Source: Bryobacterales bacterium (GTDB taxonomy: Bacteria; Acidobacteriota; Terriglobia; Bryobacterales; UBA6623). Taken from it: DNA of 64,000 nt. Below, one piece after another: positions 1 to 10,555 of the stretch (positions are counted from its first letter, which is position 1; every line of letters starts with the position of its first letter). The notes beneath the pieces were generated by a model. The model ran no database searches. It had not been told where the DNA came from and saw only the letters and a list, made by a program, of their open reading frames with translations. Both the position numbers and the translations under genes were made by a program. The stretch covers positions 1,216,001 to 1,280,000 of the forward strand of contig OY729427.2 in NCBI GenBank assembly GCA_963422375.2, read 5' to 3'.

Positions 1-165
1 CGTGTCGACGGAGCCCCTGCCCAAGTCCGAGCCCTTGGCGACGGCCGAGCCTCCCGGCGCGACTGCGTCGGGCTCGACGGAAGTCACTCGAGGCACGGCG
101 TACGCCAGCACGCAGGCCAGAGAAAGAAACAGGGCTGATAGACGGATCGCTCGCGACATGGCCAT
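1..165 (-). CDS. 5' part of a secreted protein, possible IPT/TIG-like domain (runs off window)
   Basis: Own translation: MAMSRAIRLSALFLSLACVLAYA-VPRVTSVEPDAVAPGGSAVAKGSDLG. Has a signal peptide, a P-x-V-T-S-V-x-P start typical of IPT/TIG domains, and an AGGAGG RBS upstream. Confidence 0.6.
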   Translation of the reverse strand, partial: MAMSRAIRLSALFLSLACVLAYAVPRVTSVEPDAVAPGGSAVAKGSDLGRGSVDT

Positions 166-247
166 CCCTCCTTTCGGTAGCAATGATAGTAATCGCCCGG
201 CACCGGGAATGCAACTCTCTCGGGCCGCCGGAACGGCGGCTCTTGGC

Positions 248-1549
248 CTACCAGCGGGGCAGAACGCGCTGCCAGGTCGGGTCCACGCGCCTGCGCATCT
301 CCGCCGCGTCGTCGCGTCGGCGGTAGGGAACTGAATCGTAGCGCCGCTTGAGCCGCTCGAGCTGGTCGTAGTCCAGATCGACGCCCAAGCCGCCCTTCTC
401 CGGGATGCGGAGCGCCCCGCCTGCGAAGGGCAGCCGTCCGCCCGCGACGATCTCGTCGGACGCCTGCCACGGATAGTGGGTGTCGCAGGCGTAGGTGAGG
501 CTCTCGGTGGAGGCCGCCACGTGGGCCATGGCCATCAGCGACACGCCCAAGTGGGAGTTGGAATGCATCGACAGGGCGATGCCGAACGTGCGGCACAGTC
601 TGCCCAAGTGCTGGACCTGGCGCATGCCGCCCCAGAAATGGTGGTCGCAGAGGACCACCTGCACGGCGTCGCGGCGGACGGACTCGGGCAAGTGGGCGAA
701 GGAGGTGACGGCCACGTTGCTTGCGAGCGGGATGCGAATCCCCCGGGCAACGAGTGCGCTCCGCACGGCGGCCATGCCGTCGAGCCCGGGCGATGGATCT
801 TCCAGATAGCCGTCGCCGGACAGCTCCTCTCGCAAGGCTTGGCCAACCTGCACGGAGGTTTCGACCTTCCAGGCGGAGTTGGGATCGATGCGCAGCGGCA
901 CACCGGGCCCCAACTCGGCCCGCAGCTGGCGAATGGCCTCGACCTCTTGTTCGGGCTCGAAGACGCCCCCCTTGAGCTTCACGTCGCGGAAGCCGTACTC
1001 GGCCACCATGGCGCGGACCTGGCGCACGATCGATTCGGGAGTCAGACACTCGCCATACGGGTCCTCGCGAGCGTCGGCTCCCTCGCCGCCGCCTCCGGCG
1101 TGCTTGTAGAAGGCGTAGGCGGAGAAGGGCACCGAATCCCGGACACGGCCGCCGAGCAGGTCGCACACGGGGACACCGACGCTGCGGCCGATTAGGTCCA
1201 GGCAGGCCGTCTCGATAGCCGCGAAGGTCCGCGGCCCGGCGTCGAGCGGGTTCTCGCCGGGCGTGCGCATGGCGTGGGAGCGCTCCGCTCCGGCCCCTTC
1301 GCCTTCCGCTAGGTCCAGCAGGTCGCCGGTGACACGGTAGGCATCCACCCCGAGGACCCGCTCGCGGACGGCACGGAGCGCGGCAGCCGGGCCCTCACCG
1401 CCGTAGGTCTCGGCGATGCCGACGATGCCGTCCTCGCTCTCGATTTCGAGGACGTTCCGCAGGGCGTAGGGCGCGTGGAGCCCGTACGAGCTGCGCAGCG
1501 GGGGATCGGCGATCGCGATCGAGTGAACGCGCAGGTCCTTGATCCGCAT
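248..1549 (-). CDS. Glucarate dehydratase-like enolase superfamily (mandelate racemase/MLE) enzyme
   Basis: Motifs MRIKDL..DPPLRSSYGLHAP, KLKGG, LRIDPN, YLEDP, SMHSNSHLG, YACDTHYPW; ATG at 1549 chosen as start. Confidence 0.9.
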   Translation of the reverse strand: MRIKDLRVHSIAIADPPLRSSYGLHAPYALRNVLEIESEDGIVGIAETYGGEGPAAALRAVRERVLGVDAYRVTGDLLDLAEGEGAGAERSHAMRTPGENPLDAGPRTFAAIETACLDLIGRSVGVPVCDLLGGRVRDSVPFSAYAFYKHAGGGGEGADAREDPYGECLTPESIVRQVRAMVAEYGFRDVKLKGGVFEPEQEVEAIRQLRAELGPGVPLRIDPNSAWKVETSVQVGQALREELSGDGYLEDPSPGLDGMAAVRSALVARGIRIPLASNVAVTSFAHLPESVRRDAVQVVLCDHHFWGGMRQVQHLGRLCRTFGIALSMHSNSHLGVSLMAMAHVAASTESLTYACDTHYPWQASDEIVAGGRLPFAGGALRIPEKGGLGVDLDYDQLERLKRRYDSVPYRRRDDAAEMRRRVDPTWQRVLPRW

Positions 1550-3168
1550 GGAACTCCCCATTGTAGGAACCGGATCGGGGGCCGTATGCACAGGCCCTGG
1601 CACGGCCGTGTGCCACCAATGAAGTAGTGGCTGGCGACGAGCTGGCGTCAGGATGTCTGAGGTAGGCAGCCGGGCGGACAGTGTTGGACCGTCGCACACG
1701 ACCAAAAGAAGAACCTCAAGGAGTGGAGCATGAACAACGACACCATCGCTCGATGGAGAAAATACTTCAAAGGTAGGATCCGCGAAATGCAGAATATCAG
1801 GTGGCCCGATGGTCCGAAACCGTGCTTTACAGTCGCCAGATTGAACGAAAGTGGTGCAGGTGTCACGCCCGAGGGAGAGAGCGTGGGGTGATCAACCCAA
1901 GCGGAATGGAATTGGAGGCTATGGCGGTGAAGAGAATGTCTTTCTGTCCCGAGCCTAGTGAAGTCGATTTGGCCATCCCGATTGGATCCGGCACTGCATA
2001 TGTCGCCGAGTGATGGTCCCGTTACGATGCCCGGTACATTGGCTGGGTTTCCCGCGATGGCACGTTCAACCCAGTCTGTGATCTAGAACCCACCGGCCGA
2101 GCAAAAGAGAACGTTAGACTGAGACAAGGAATGGGTACTCTGCTCCTTACGCCATTTCCGTCAGGTAGGATCGCCTTGGACAGGTCAAGCGACCGAGAGT
2201 GCGCTAGGAACAAGCGCGGTATGCCGACACTTATCCTCTAGAGAACGCCGTATATCAGGGTGGATATTTGCGGCTGAAGGCCATCGCCCCTCTCCTGCTG
2301 TCGCTGCACTACAAAGCCGAGTTGGGTCCTAATCCCTGAGGGGTTCGGGCCAGTCCTCTACGAGTTGGACACCGCGAACCGCGATCCCAGCTGCTGACGA
2401 TGGTGCCGAAGAATCCACCGCCGACGCCTGCCACACCGCCAACCGAAGAACCGGGGACGCTTCCCGGCGGCTGTCCAATACCGCTTCTACCGCGCTGAGA
2501 CCTGAAGTCGACTTCGGCGGGGCCGTGAGTGGGTGCGCTCGAAGGCTCAGACTTCCCGAAGTTGAGGGGTAGCGCGAGGCCAGGGCCTGCCGAAAGTCCG
2601 TACACAAAGCGCACGGTCTTCTCCGAGGGTTCACACCGTCCAATCTACGTCTTGTGGTTTTCTGCTACGCGTGCCTGTATGGAGGTTAGGACTCTGGAAT
2701 CACAATTGACGCACTGAGCAATTTCACAAGCAGTTTCCGGGATCGGCGGAATGCCGCCCGTCTCATTTGTCCTCTCGCCGCTCCGAAGCGGGTCCACTCG
2801 GCTGAAGCCTTGGTCCTAGCCGTCGAAGGGTCACGGCCGGGCCGAGAGTCCGTTCCGGGGCTGTTGGACGGGGTGTCGCGCGCCTCGACGGCGGCGAAAC
2901 CGGTCCGTTCCGCTCCCAGCCGGGCCCGCTCGCGGCTGCGGTGCTTCTCCCGGTCTGTCGGAGCCGCATCATATTTCGAAATCGCTAGGGAGACGACCAC
3001 GGGATGTCCGAGGCTACCCTCGGTGCAACCCGCGAGTCTCGGCGCTCGGGCAGGAATGCAAGACCGTGCATCTCGGCCCGCCTTGGCCCTCTATCCCCGG
3101 TCACATCGCTGTGAATTCAAGGGGCTTCCGTGGCCGGGCGCGGGGCGCTAGACTGAAGGTGTCGCCGC

Positions 3169-3711
3169 GTGCCCGGGAGCATTTACATCGAGGCGGCGGC
3201 ACTGGAGCGGATGCCGCTCCAATTCAAGGAAGCTATCAGGCCCGCGCAACTGGACCTGTCCGACCCGTGGCGGGTCAGCGACGCGGTGGCCGCACAGGGC
3301 AGGGCGGAGCTTCTCGACAAGGAAGGCCTGCGGTCGATCCGCGTGCGGGGTCGGCTCCATGCCTGCCTGAGCCATGCCTGCGACCGCTGCCTCAAGGACC
3401 TGCGACGGGAATTCGAGGAAGGCTTCGACCTTTGCTTCTACCCCATGGAGATGATCGAGGAAGGCGGCGAGGCCGCCATCAGCATGGAGCAGACCGAGGT
3501 GGGCTTCTACGACGGCGACGGCATCGGCCTAGCCGACGTGGTGCGCGAGCAGCTGCTGTTGTGGCTGCCGACACGGAGCCTGTGCCAGCCGGGCTGCAAG
3601 GGGCTCTGCCCGGAATGCGGGGCAGACCGCAACGAGCGGGCATGCGAATGCCGCGCAGGCTTCGCGGACCCGCGCTGGGACGCCCTGCGGGAGCTGAGCC
3701 GCGCTCGGTGA
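3169..3711 (+). CDS. yceD: DUF177/YceD 23S rRNA accumulation protein
   Basis: CDRCL, CxxxCKGLCPxCG and DPRWDAL motifs; directly upstream of rpmF. Confidence 0.95.
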   Translation: MPGSIYIEAAALERMPLQFKEAIRPAQLDLSDPWRVSDAVAAQGRAELLDKEGLRSIRVRGRLHACLSHACDRCLKDLRREFEEGFDLCFYPMEMIEEGGEAAISMEQTEVGFYDGDGIGLADVVREQLLLWLPTRSLCQPGCKGLCPECGADRNERACECRAGFADPRWDALRELSRAR

Positions 3712-3741
3712 CGCGCGGCTCGCAGTTGGGAAGATAGAGTC

Positions 3742-3924
3742 ATGCCGAATCCGAAGCGTAGACACTCCAGAGCCCGAAAGGGCAAGAGGCGCGCGCACGA
3801 CCACCTGACCCCGCAGGGGTTCTCGGTGTGCCCGCAGTGCTCGGCCGCCGTGCTCCCTCACCGCGCCTGCAAGCACTGCGGGTACTACAAGGGGCGCGAA
3901 ATCATCGAGGTCGAGCAGGAATAG
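3742..3924 (+). CDS. rpmF: 50S ribosomal protein L32
   Basis: MPNPKRRHSRARKGKRRAH...CPQC...HRACKHCGYY. Confidence 0.98.
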   Translation: MPNPKRRHSRARKGKRRAHDHLTPQGFSVCPQCSAAVLPHRACKHCGYYKGREIIEVEQE

Positions 3925-3957
3925 GGCCCAGCCCTCCTCCGGTCACGGATCCTAGCG

Positions 3958-4971
3958 GTGCAACCTGTCACGATAGCCGTCGACGCGATGGGCGGCGATT
4001 CCGCGCCCACGGCAGAGGTCGAGGGATCTCTGCTGGCGGCCGAGGAGTATGGCGCCAAGATCCTGCTCGTCGGCCGCGAGGAGGTGCTGGGTCGCGAACT
4101 GGCGAAGCACTTCCCGGCCCGCGCCCAGATCGACATCGTCCACGCCGAAGACGTAGTGACGATGCACGACAACCCGTCCACGGCGCTGCGCTCGAAGAAG
4201 AACAGCTCGATTTACGCCGCGGCCCACCAAGTGCTGGAGGGACATGCTGCGGGCCTGATCTCCGCGGGAAACACCGGCGCGGTGATGGCTACCGCCCTGA
4301 AGGTCTTGGGCCGCATTCCGGGGGTGTACCGCCCGGCCGTGGCGCAGATCTTCCCGACGAGGCAGAGCGGGCGGACGCTGTTGCTGGATGTCGGTGCAAA
4401 CGTCGACTGCACGCCCTCGATGCTACTGCAGTTCGCCGTGATGGGCGATGTGTACTCGCGGGTGCTGTTCGGCTGCGAGCGTCCGCGGGTAGGCCTGCTG
4501 TCTATCGGCGAGGAAGAGCACAAGGGCAACGACCTCACCAAGCAGGCGACGCCGCTGCTCAAGGGGCATCCCTTTCAGTTCGTCGGCAACGTCGAGGGCC
4601 GGGATCTATTCAGCGGCAAGGCTGACGTGATCGTCTGCGACGGCTTCGTGGGCAACGTGGCGCTGAAGGTCAGCGAGGGGCTGGTCGCGACGATCAAGAC
4701 GATCCTGATCGAGTCGCTCGAAGCGACGGTGATGCGCCAGATCGGCTACGGACTCGCCAAGGGGGCGTTCGAGGACTTCAGGAAGCGGGTCGACTACGAG
4801 GAATACGGCGGGGCACCGATGCTGGGCGTGCGCGGAGGGGTGATTATCTGCCACGGCCGATCCACGCGGCAAGCCATCAAGAACGCCATCCGCGTGGCGA
4901 TCGAATTCGAGACCGCTGGCATCAACCGGCAGATCGAAGAGAGCCTCGAGCTCGGCCTCGGCAAGGCCTGA
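3958..4971 (+). CDS. plsX: Phosphate acyltransferase PlsX
   Basis: [44 protein letters not shown] motifs. Confidence 0.98.
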   Translation: MQPVTIAVDAMGGDSAPTAEVEGSLLAAEEYGAKILLVGREEVLGRELAKHFPARAQIDIVHAEDVVTMHDNPSTALRSKKNSSIYAAAHQVLEGHAAGLISAGNTGAVMATALKVLGRIPGVYRPAVAQIFPTRQSGRTLLLDVGANVDCTPSMLLQFAVMGDVYSRVLFGCERPRVGLLSIGEEEHKGNDLTKQATPLLKGHPFQFVGNVEGRDLFSGKADVIVCDGFVGNVALKVSEGLVATIKTILIESLEATVMRQIGYGLAKGAFEDFRKRVDYEEYGGAPMLGVRGGVIICHGRSTRQAIKNAIRVAIEFETAGINRQIEESLELGLGKA

Positions 4972-5475
4972 TCACCTACCGGACGGTCGGCCCGACATGT
5001 CGGCGCTGCCGAGGTGGACGCAGGCTCGCGGCAGGGCCTTGTCGATCCGCTTCCCGAGTCGCTGGAGCGACTCCTCTGAGAGCGAGTTCTGGACAGCCTC
5101 GAATAGGATGCGCTCCTCGTAGCGGATGTGCGCGACGAGGATCTCGCGCAAGGACCGCAGGCGGCGCACTAAGGTGCCGCCCGCGACGGATTGGAGTTCC
5201 GCGATCGCCGTACGAATCTCGGCGTGCTCGCGAACCAGCCGGTCGACCACCCCCTTATCCTCAATAGCCTCGCGTGCGACGGGGAAGAGAATTTCCTCCT
5301 CCACAGCGAAGTGCCCATTGAGCTCGAGTTCCCATGCGGCGGCAACCTTGACCCGAAGCCGCTCTGCGGCTGCTGGATTCGGATCCCCGCGCAGGTCCCG
5401 GTCGATGAACACCCCGAGCGCCAGCCCGTCATGATGCTGGCGGGACAGGGGGACGAGCGCGGGGTGTCGCTTCAC
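4972..5475 (-). CDS. Hemerythrin-domain protein
   Basis: KRHPALVPLSRQHH, HFAVEEEILFP and HIRYEERILF (HxxxE) motifs. Confidence 0.85.
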   Translation of the reverse strand: MKRHPALVPLSRQHHDGLALGVFIDRDLRGDPNPAAAERLRVKVAAAWELELNGHFAVEEEILFPVAREAIEDKGVVDRLVREHAEIRTAIAELQSVAGGTLVRRLRSLREILVAHIRYEERILFEAVQNSLSEESLQRLGKRIDKALPRACVHLGSADMSGRPSGR

Positions 5476-5494
5476 GGTACGAGTGTTCCAGTCT

Positions 5495-6742
5495 TCAGGA
5501 GATCGCCTCGGGCTTGTATCCGCCCTTCCGGCGGTAGTGGAGGAACTGGAGCCCGAAGAGAACTACCAGCGCCACCGGCATCACGGAGACGTATTGGAAC
5601 GTCGCCTCGGCTCCGTATTGGTCGTACCAGCCTCCCATGACGGGGAGCACGAACGCAATCGCGAGGTTGCCGGTGCCGCCCATCAGAGCCAGCGCCACCG
5701 GGCCGCCCTTTGGGTAGAGTTCCGATGTTACGCCCAACATCGTGGGCCAGAAGTAGGTCTTGCCGACCCCGAAGAGCGTCGCGGCCGCGAACGCTCCGAA
5801 CATGGTCGAGGCCGAGCCCAAGGCGTAGAGGCCCGCCGCTGCCAGCGCGGCGGAGATCGTCATCAGGCCGAATGGCGAGAAGGCGTGCGCCAAGGGGCCG
5901 CCGAAGAATCGGAGCACGAACATGATGCCTGCGGTGTAGACAAGGATCAGAATGCCCTGCATGCCCGTCAGGCTGGTGATGAGCGACGGGACCCACTGGT
6001 CCGGTCCGAGCTCAGTCGCCGATGTGAGCCACATGCAGATCCACAGGAGAACGAAGGACGGCCGGAACAGGTCCAGCAGCATGTCGCCATTGCTGACTCC
6101 GGCGGCCACCCGCTCGGTCGCGGGGAAGGCCTGACCCCGGATGATGACCAGGTACGCAACCGCAACCAAGGGAACCGTCAGGAGCTTGAGGCGCCAGCCC
6201 AGCGTCGCCGTCGCCGAGTCCACGCTCCCGTCCAGGCCCATCACCTTCGTGATGCAGAACGCGAGGAGACCGCCGACGATCAGACCGCCCGGCCACCAAG
6301 CGTGCAGCACGTTCATGCGATGGGTCTTGTCTTTCGGGAACAGGGTCGAGCAGAGCGGATTGATCACACCCTCAACAAGGCCTTGCGCCAAGCCGAGCGT
6401 AAGCATCGCTACCCAGAGCAGCTGCGTGATGGGCTCGGACATGATGGATTCCACGGGGCCGTCGGGAAACGGCGCCATGACGATGGCTAGGATGGCGAAG
6501 ACATAGAACAGGCCGGAAATCGTCAGCAGGCGGCGCATCCCGAAGAGATCGACCAGGGATCCGCCGATCAGGATCGACAGCGTGAATCCGAGAAAGGCCG
6601 GGCTGAGCAGCTGCCCGAGCTGCTCCTTGTTCAAGTGAAAGTCGTTGCCGAGGGCGTCGAGGACGTCTCCGCGAATGGAAAAGACCATCGAGGTCGTGAC
6701 CAACGCGACGCAACTCGCCAGAAACAGGCGGTTTCGGTTCAT
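5495..6742 (-). CDS. MFS transporter
   Basis: About 12 hydrophobic segments; GSLVDLFGMRR MFS motif A; NVLHAWWPGG. Confidence 0.92.
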   Translation of the reverse strand: MNRNRLFLASCVALVTTSMVFSIRGDVLDALGNDFHLNKEQLGQLLSPAFLGFTLSILIGGSLVDLFGMRRLLTISGLFYVFAILAIVMAPFPDGPVESIMSEPITQLLWVAMLTLGLAQGLVEGVINPLCSTLFPKDKTHRMNVLHAWWPGGLIVGGLLAFCITKVMGLDGSVDSATATLGWRLKLLTVPLVAVAYLVIIRGQAFPATERVAAGVSNGDMLLDLFRPSFVLLWICMWLTSATELGPDQWVPSLITSLTGMQGILILVYTAGIMFVLRFFGGPLAHAFSPFGLMTISAALAAAGLYALGSASTMFGAFAAATLFGVGKTYFWPTMLGVTSELYPKGGPVALALMGGTGNLAIAFVLPVMGGWYDQYGAEATFQYVSVMPVALVVLFGLQFLHYRRKGGYKPEAIS

Positions 6743-6849
6743 TCTGCCCCTCCTTCCAAGGGTTCGGGCAGATAGATTAGCACAGCTTCCCGCCTGCCCG
6801 CCGGGAGGGCGCGGTGCAGGCGAGGCGTTAGTATGGAGTCAGCAGCCGG

Positions 6850-6936
6850 GCCCGGGTGGCGAAACTGGTAGACGCAACGGACTTAAAATCCGTAGTCCGT
6901 CAGGACGTGTGGGTTCGAATCCCACCCCGGGTACCA
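6850..6936 (+). tRNA. tRNA-Leu(TAA)
   Basis: GCCCGGG/CCCGGGT acceptor stem, ACGGA-CTTAAAA-TCCGT anticodon arm, long variable arm, GGTTCGAATCC T-arm, encoded CCA. Confidence 0.97.
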
Positions 6937-7516
6937 CGGCACGCCCCGTCACGAGACCGGGGCGGCGGCTGGCGGTCCGAGTCGAGAGACTCCGGATCCT
7001 GACCGTTACCGCACTTCCCCGCCCCGGCAGTTTCCACCGAATTTCGACGCCGCTGCGGGCAGTCGCACGTGGCGGGAGGGTTGCAATCACGCTGGCCTCA
7101 GACATCCCGAAGCCCGCTCCTTGGACTCTGCCCGCTACGTGTCGCGAGCCACCTCTTCTACCAAGACATTCGTCTTCGGCAAGTGGACGCAGCAAGTGGA
7201 CGCAGCGAAGCGTTTGTCGGGTCGCCCATTCGTGACGCACGCAGCAATCAGTCACCGAATCGTCAACGGGCCCGGCCAGAGATCGCGATTCAACAATTCG
7301 GGCAATCCTCGAGGCGTCTCGCAACACCCCGCCCTCCCGCTGGTCTCAGACGAGTCACCTCATGTGCGACGTCCCGAATCAGGCGGCCACGGAAAGGCTG
7401 CGCTTGGCATTCACAACGCCAAGACATTCCAATATGGCTGAACTCCGATTGGGATATCGAGCGGGACGAGACGACGACCCGCTGGCACGACGCCCTTGCT
7501 TTGATTTCATTGTGTA

Positions 7517-8563
7517 CGGCCGACCAAGCCCCGCGCCATGCGCCGCATCTGTTCCGCCGTTGTTCCGCCGTGTCGCAGTCGCGGTCGTTGCGCCGTCCCG
7601 CGAACTCCGTGAGGTAGCGGCCGAGATGACGGACGCTCATCCGGTGATAGGTGCCGTACAGGCCGCGCTTGAACAGGGACCGAAACGATTCGATGCCGTT
7701 CGTATGCGCCGCCCCGCGCACGTACTCGCCGCCGGAGTGCCTGACGGCTTCGTGCGGGAACTCCGCCATGCCGGCGCAGGCCGCCGCCTCGTCGGAGCGA
7801 ACCTGCGCGCCCGGCGCGACCCGGCCGCGCACGAAGCCCTGCAGGTCGCCCTTGGCGGTGCCCGGCAGCGGCCGCGCGGCCACTGCGTTCGTGGCGCGGT
7901 CCCGCGCCCCCGCCACCGGGGTCTTGCCGACGAGCCCGCGCCCGGCGCGGGCCCTCTTGCTCTCGTGCCGGTTGCGTTCCTTGCCGCCGACGTAGGTCTC
8001 GTCCACCTCCACCGGGCCGGCGAACGGGCCCTGATCCCGCTCCCGGCACGCGCGGATGCGGTGCGCCAGGTGCCAGGCCGACTTCCGGCTGACGCCCGGG
8101 TCGCGGTGCAGCTTCATGCTCGAGACGCCCTTGATGCCGGTGGTCAGCAGGAACAGGGCGACGGCCCGGGTGCGGTAGCCGAGCTTGGTGTCGGCCATCA
8201 CGCTGCCGGTGCGCACGGAAAAGCGCTTGCCGCAGCCGCGGCAACGGTACGGCATCGAAGGGTGGGCCGTGCCGGACTGCACGCTGGAGCCGCGGCAGTG
8301 GGGGCATACCGGACCGTCGGGCCAGCGCATGGAGGCGAACCACTTTTCCGCGGATTCGTCATCGCGGAACATGGCGATCACTTCGATCAATGTGATGCCT
8401 TTACGGAACCACTTTCCGGGACCTGATTTCTTCATTTACGGCATCCCCTACTGGAACTATTCTACCAAAAAACACCACAGAATGTAAACGGAAAATCGGA
8501 GGAAATATGAAATCTTATTATGGCTTGATAATTTGCCTACTTGATTCCCTCGGCACTCCGATA
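7517..8563 (-). mobile_element. IS1595-family element copy 1; right end missing, left TIR interrupted (remainder at 10549-10555 and 24892-24902)
   Basis: Transposase from 8435 with Zn ribbon CPHC..CRGC, VEVDETY, SDE, HTNGIES; near-identical to 10694-11650. Confidence 0.9.
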
Positions 8564-10548
8564 GCCGAGTAGGAGGGGTCGTTGCCGAGCCCCTCCCCTC
8601 ACAGACCCGAGCGTGTGCGTCTAACGCACTCGGTTCCTCGGATGGCAGGTTCGCTCAAGCGAATAGCGGAGCGGTCATGGCGGGCCGGACGCGGGCCGCG
8701 GCAGGGGGTGCCGTCGCAGGAGTTCCTGCATCCGGTTCCAGTTCAGGCGCGATTTCCGGCTGCGTCGCGACAGCCACTTCCGCCAAATCCGAACGACTTG
8801 GCAGTGGAAGCTCGACAGCCGCGCGCTGTTGCCCCGGAGCCCGTAGTAGTTCCCGTGCCCCGCAGCACGCTCGCCAAGTGCTCGCACTGCCGCTGCACCG
8901 CGTCGTGCCGGTGCCTGCGGCACCAGTCGTTCACGGTCCGCAGGGCGCGCGCGAGGCGGCTCCGGGCGGTGGACTGGCGCACGACAGGGTAACCCTTCCG
9001 CGACCGCGCCCAGTAATGGGTGAAGCCGAGGAAATCGAACGTCGCGCCCTTCCCGCGCTTCCGGAGTCGGCGCGGTCGGAAGTCCAGGTACCGTGTCTTG
9101 TCCGGGTGGAGCCGCAGCCCGTACCGCTCGAAGCGCTTGGCCAGCACGGCCAGCACGCGCCGGCCGTCCCGGTCGTGCTCGAAGAGCAGCACGGCGGCGT
9201 CGGCGTAGCGCACCAGCAGGCACCGCTCTTGCAGGCGCGGCTTCGCCTCCCGCTCGAACCATGCATCCAGCACGTGGTGCAGGTACAGGTTCGCCAGCAG
9301 GGGGCTGATCACGCCGCCTTGCGGGGTGCCTTGCCCGGTTCGTTGCAGGACGCCCTCCTCGAGCACCCCGGCCTTGAGCCATTTGTCCAGCATCCGCCGG
9401 ACCACTCCGTCCTTGATCCGCAGGTCGAGGAACTCCCGCAAGTGCTTGTGCGGGATCGTGTCGAAGTATTTCGACACGTCCGCGTCGATCACCCATTGCA
9501 GCCCTGCCCGCGCGCCTGCCCGCACTGCGTGCAAGGCGTCATGGGCGGAGCGGCCCGGGCGGAACCCGTGCGAGCAAGGCAGGAAATCCGCCTCGCATAC
9601 CGGTTCCAGCAGCATCGCGATCGCTCTCTGCGCCACCTTGTCCTCGAACGTGGGGATGCCCAGCGGTCGCGTCGTGCCGTCCGCCTTGGGGATGTTGCGC
9701 CGTCGCACCGGCGGCGCTCAGTAGCTCCCGGACTTGATCCGGCCCAGGAGGTCCGACAGGTTGGCCTCCAAGTCCTTTTCGTAGTCCGAGGCCGTCACGC
9801 CGTCGATGCCCGGCGCGCCGTCCTTGCGCGTCAGCCGGTACGCCTCCTGCATCCATGCGAGGTCGATGCAGCGGTGCAGCGTCTTGAACGCCCATGCGGA
9901 GTGCTCCCGCGCCTGTGCGGCTATCCATTGTCTTGCGTGTACGTGTTCGCGGAACTCATGGTTTCCTCCAGCGTTTCCTTCCCATGGTTCTGTCCATCCG
10001 GCGCCCCCCTTCCCTTGGACGGGTCCCGGTTCCCCGCCGTCGCCAGTACTATGCGGGCGCTACGACTCCCTGCGCTGCATCCCCTCGACTTATTGCTTCG
10101 CCAGCCGGTACCACGCCGCGCCTGCTCGTTCGCTCCCGATCCCCCGCAGACAGGGGCGGGCCCGGATCCGTGGGGTTGGCCGCGATCCGTCTTCCGGCCG
10201 TTTTGCATGGACAGTGCAGGGCCTCCCAGGTTCCCCGGCGAGCCTTCCCGTGGCTATGCGGACGTTCTCTGACCCCGGACGACCCGTTGCGCCTCGCCCT
10301 TGGCGGCGCTTCCGGCGCGGCCCCCGCTATAACAAAAACGAAGGCGTCGACATTGAGGATTTCGAGGCTCCATAGCGTCGCTTTGCCACCCGCTGTGTAC
10401 GCTTCACGACGCGCGTTGCCACGCGCCATGCAACACTCGCTCCCGGCTGGCGGGCTGCGCCTCTGCCGGGCAGGTGTCGAACCTGCTGGCTCGCGGTGCA
10501 AGGTTTCAACTCATCGCATCCTCCTTGCCAGGGCTTGGCCTGGCGCAA
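8564..10548 (-). mobile_element. Group II intron (class E-like, no endonuclease domain seen), degenerate
   Basis: 5' end TTGCG at 10548. Domain V GAACCGAGTGCGTTAGACGCACACGCTCGGGTC and domain VI ending CCTACTCGGC at 8564. Removing the intron restores the IS TIR sequence GATA|TATAATT. Confidence 0.88.
8675..9960 (-). pseudogene. ltrA: Group II intron reverse transcriptase/maturase, inactivated
   Basis: APGIDG, RPLGIPTFEDK, GFRPGRSAH, GTPQGG and FDFLGFTH motifs present. In-frame TGA at 9718-9720, YADD changed to YADA, and frameshifts near both ends. Confidence 0.9.
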
Positions 10549-10555
10549 TATAATT

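Noticed and set aside
1730..3160. Short ORFs between the dehydratase and yceD
   Set aside because: Broken frames with no recognisable motif; probably a decayed gene but not assignable.
8675..9960. RT as a retron, DGR or defence RT
   Set aside because: Flanked by group II intron domain V/VI and a 5' TTGCG; no template/variable repeat pair or msr-msd was seen.
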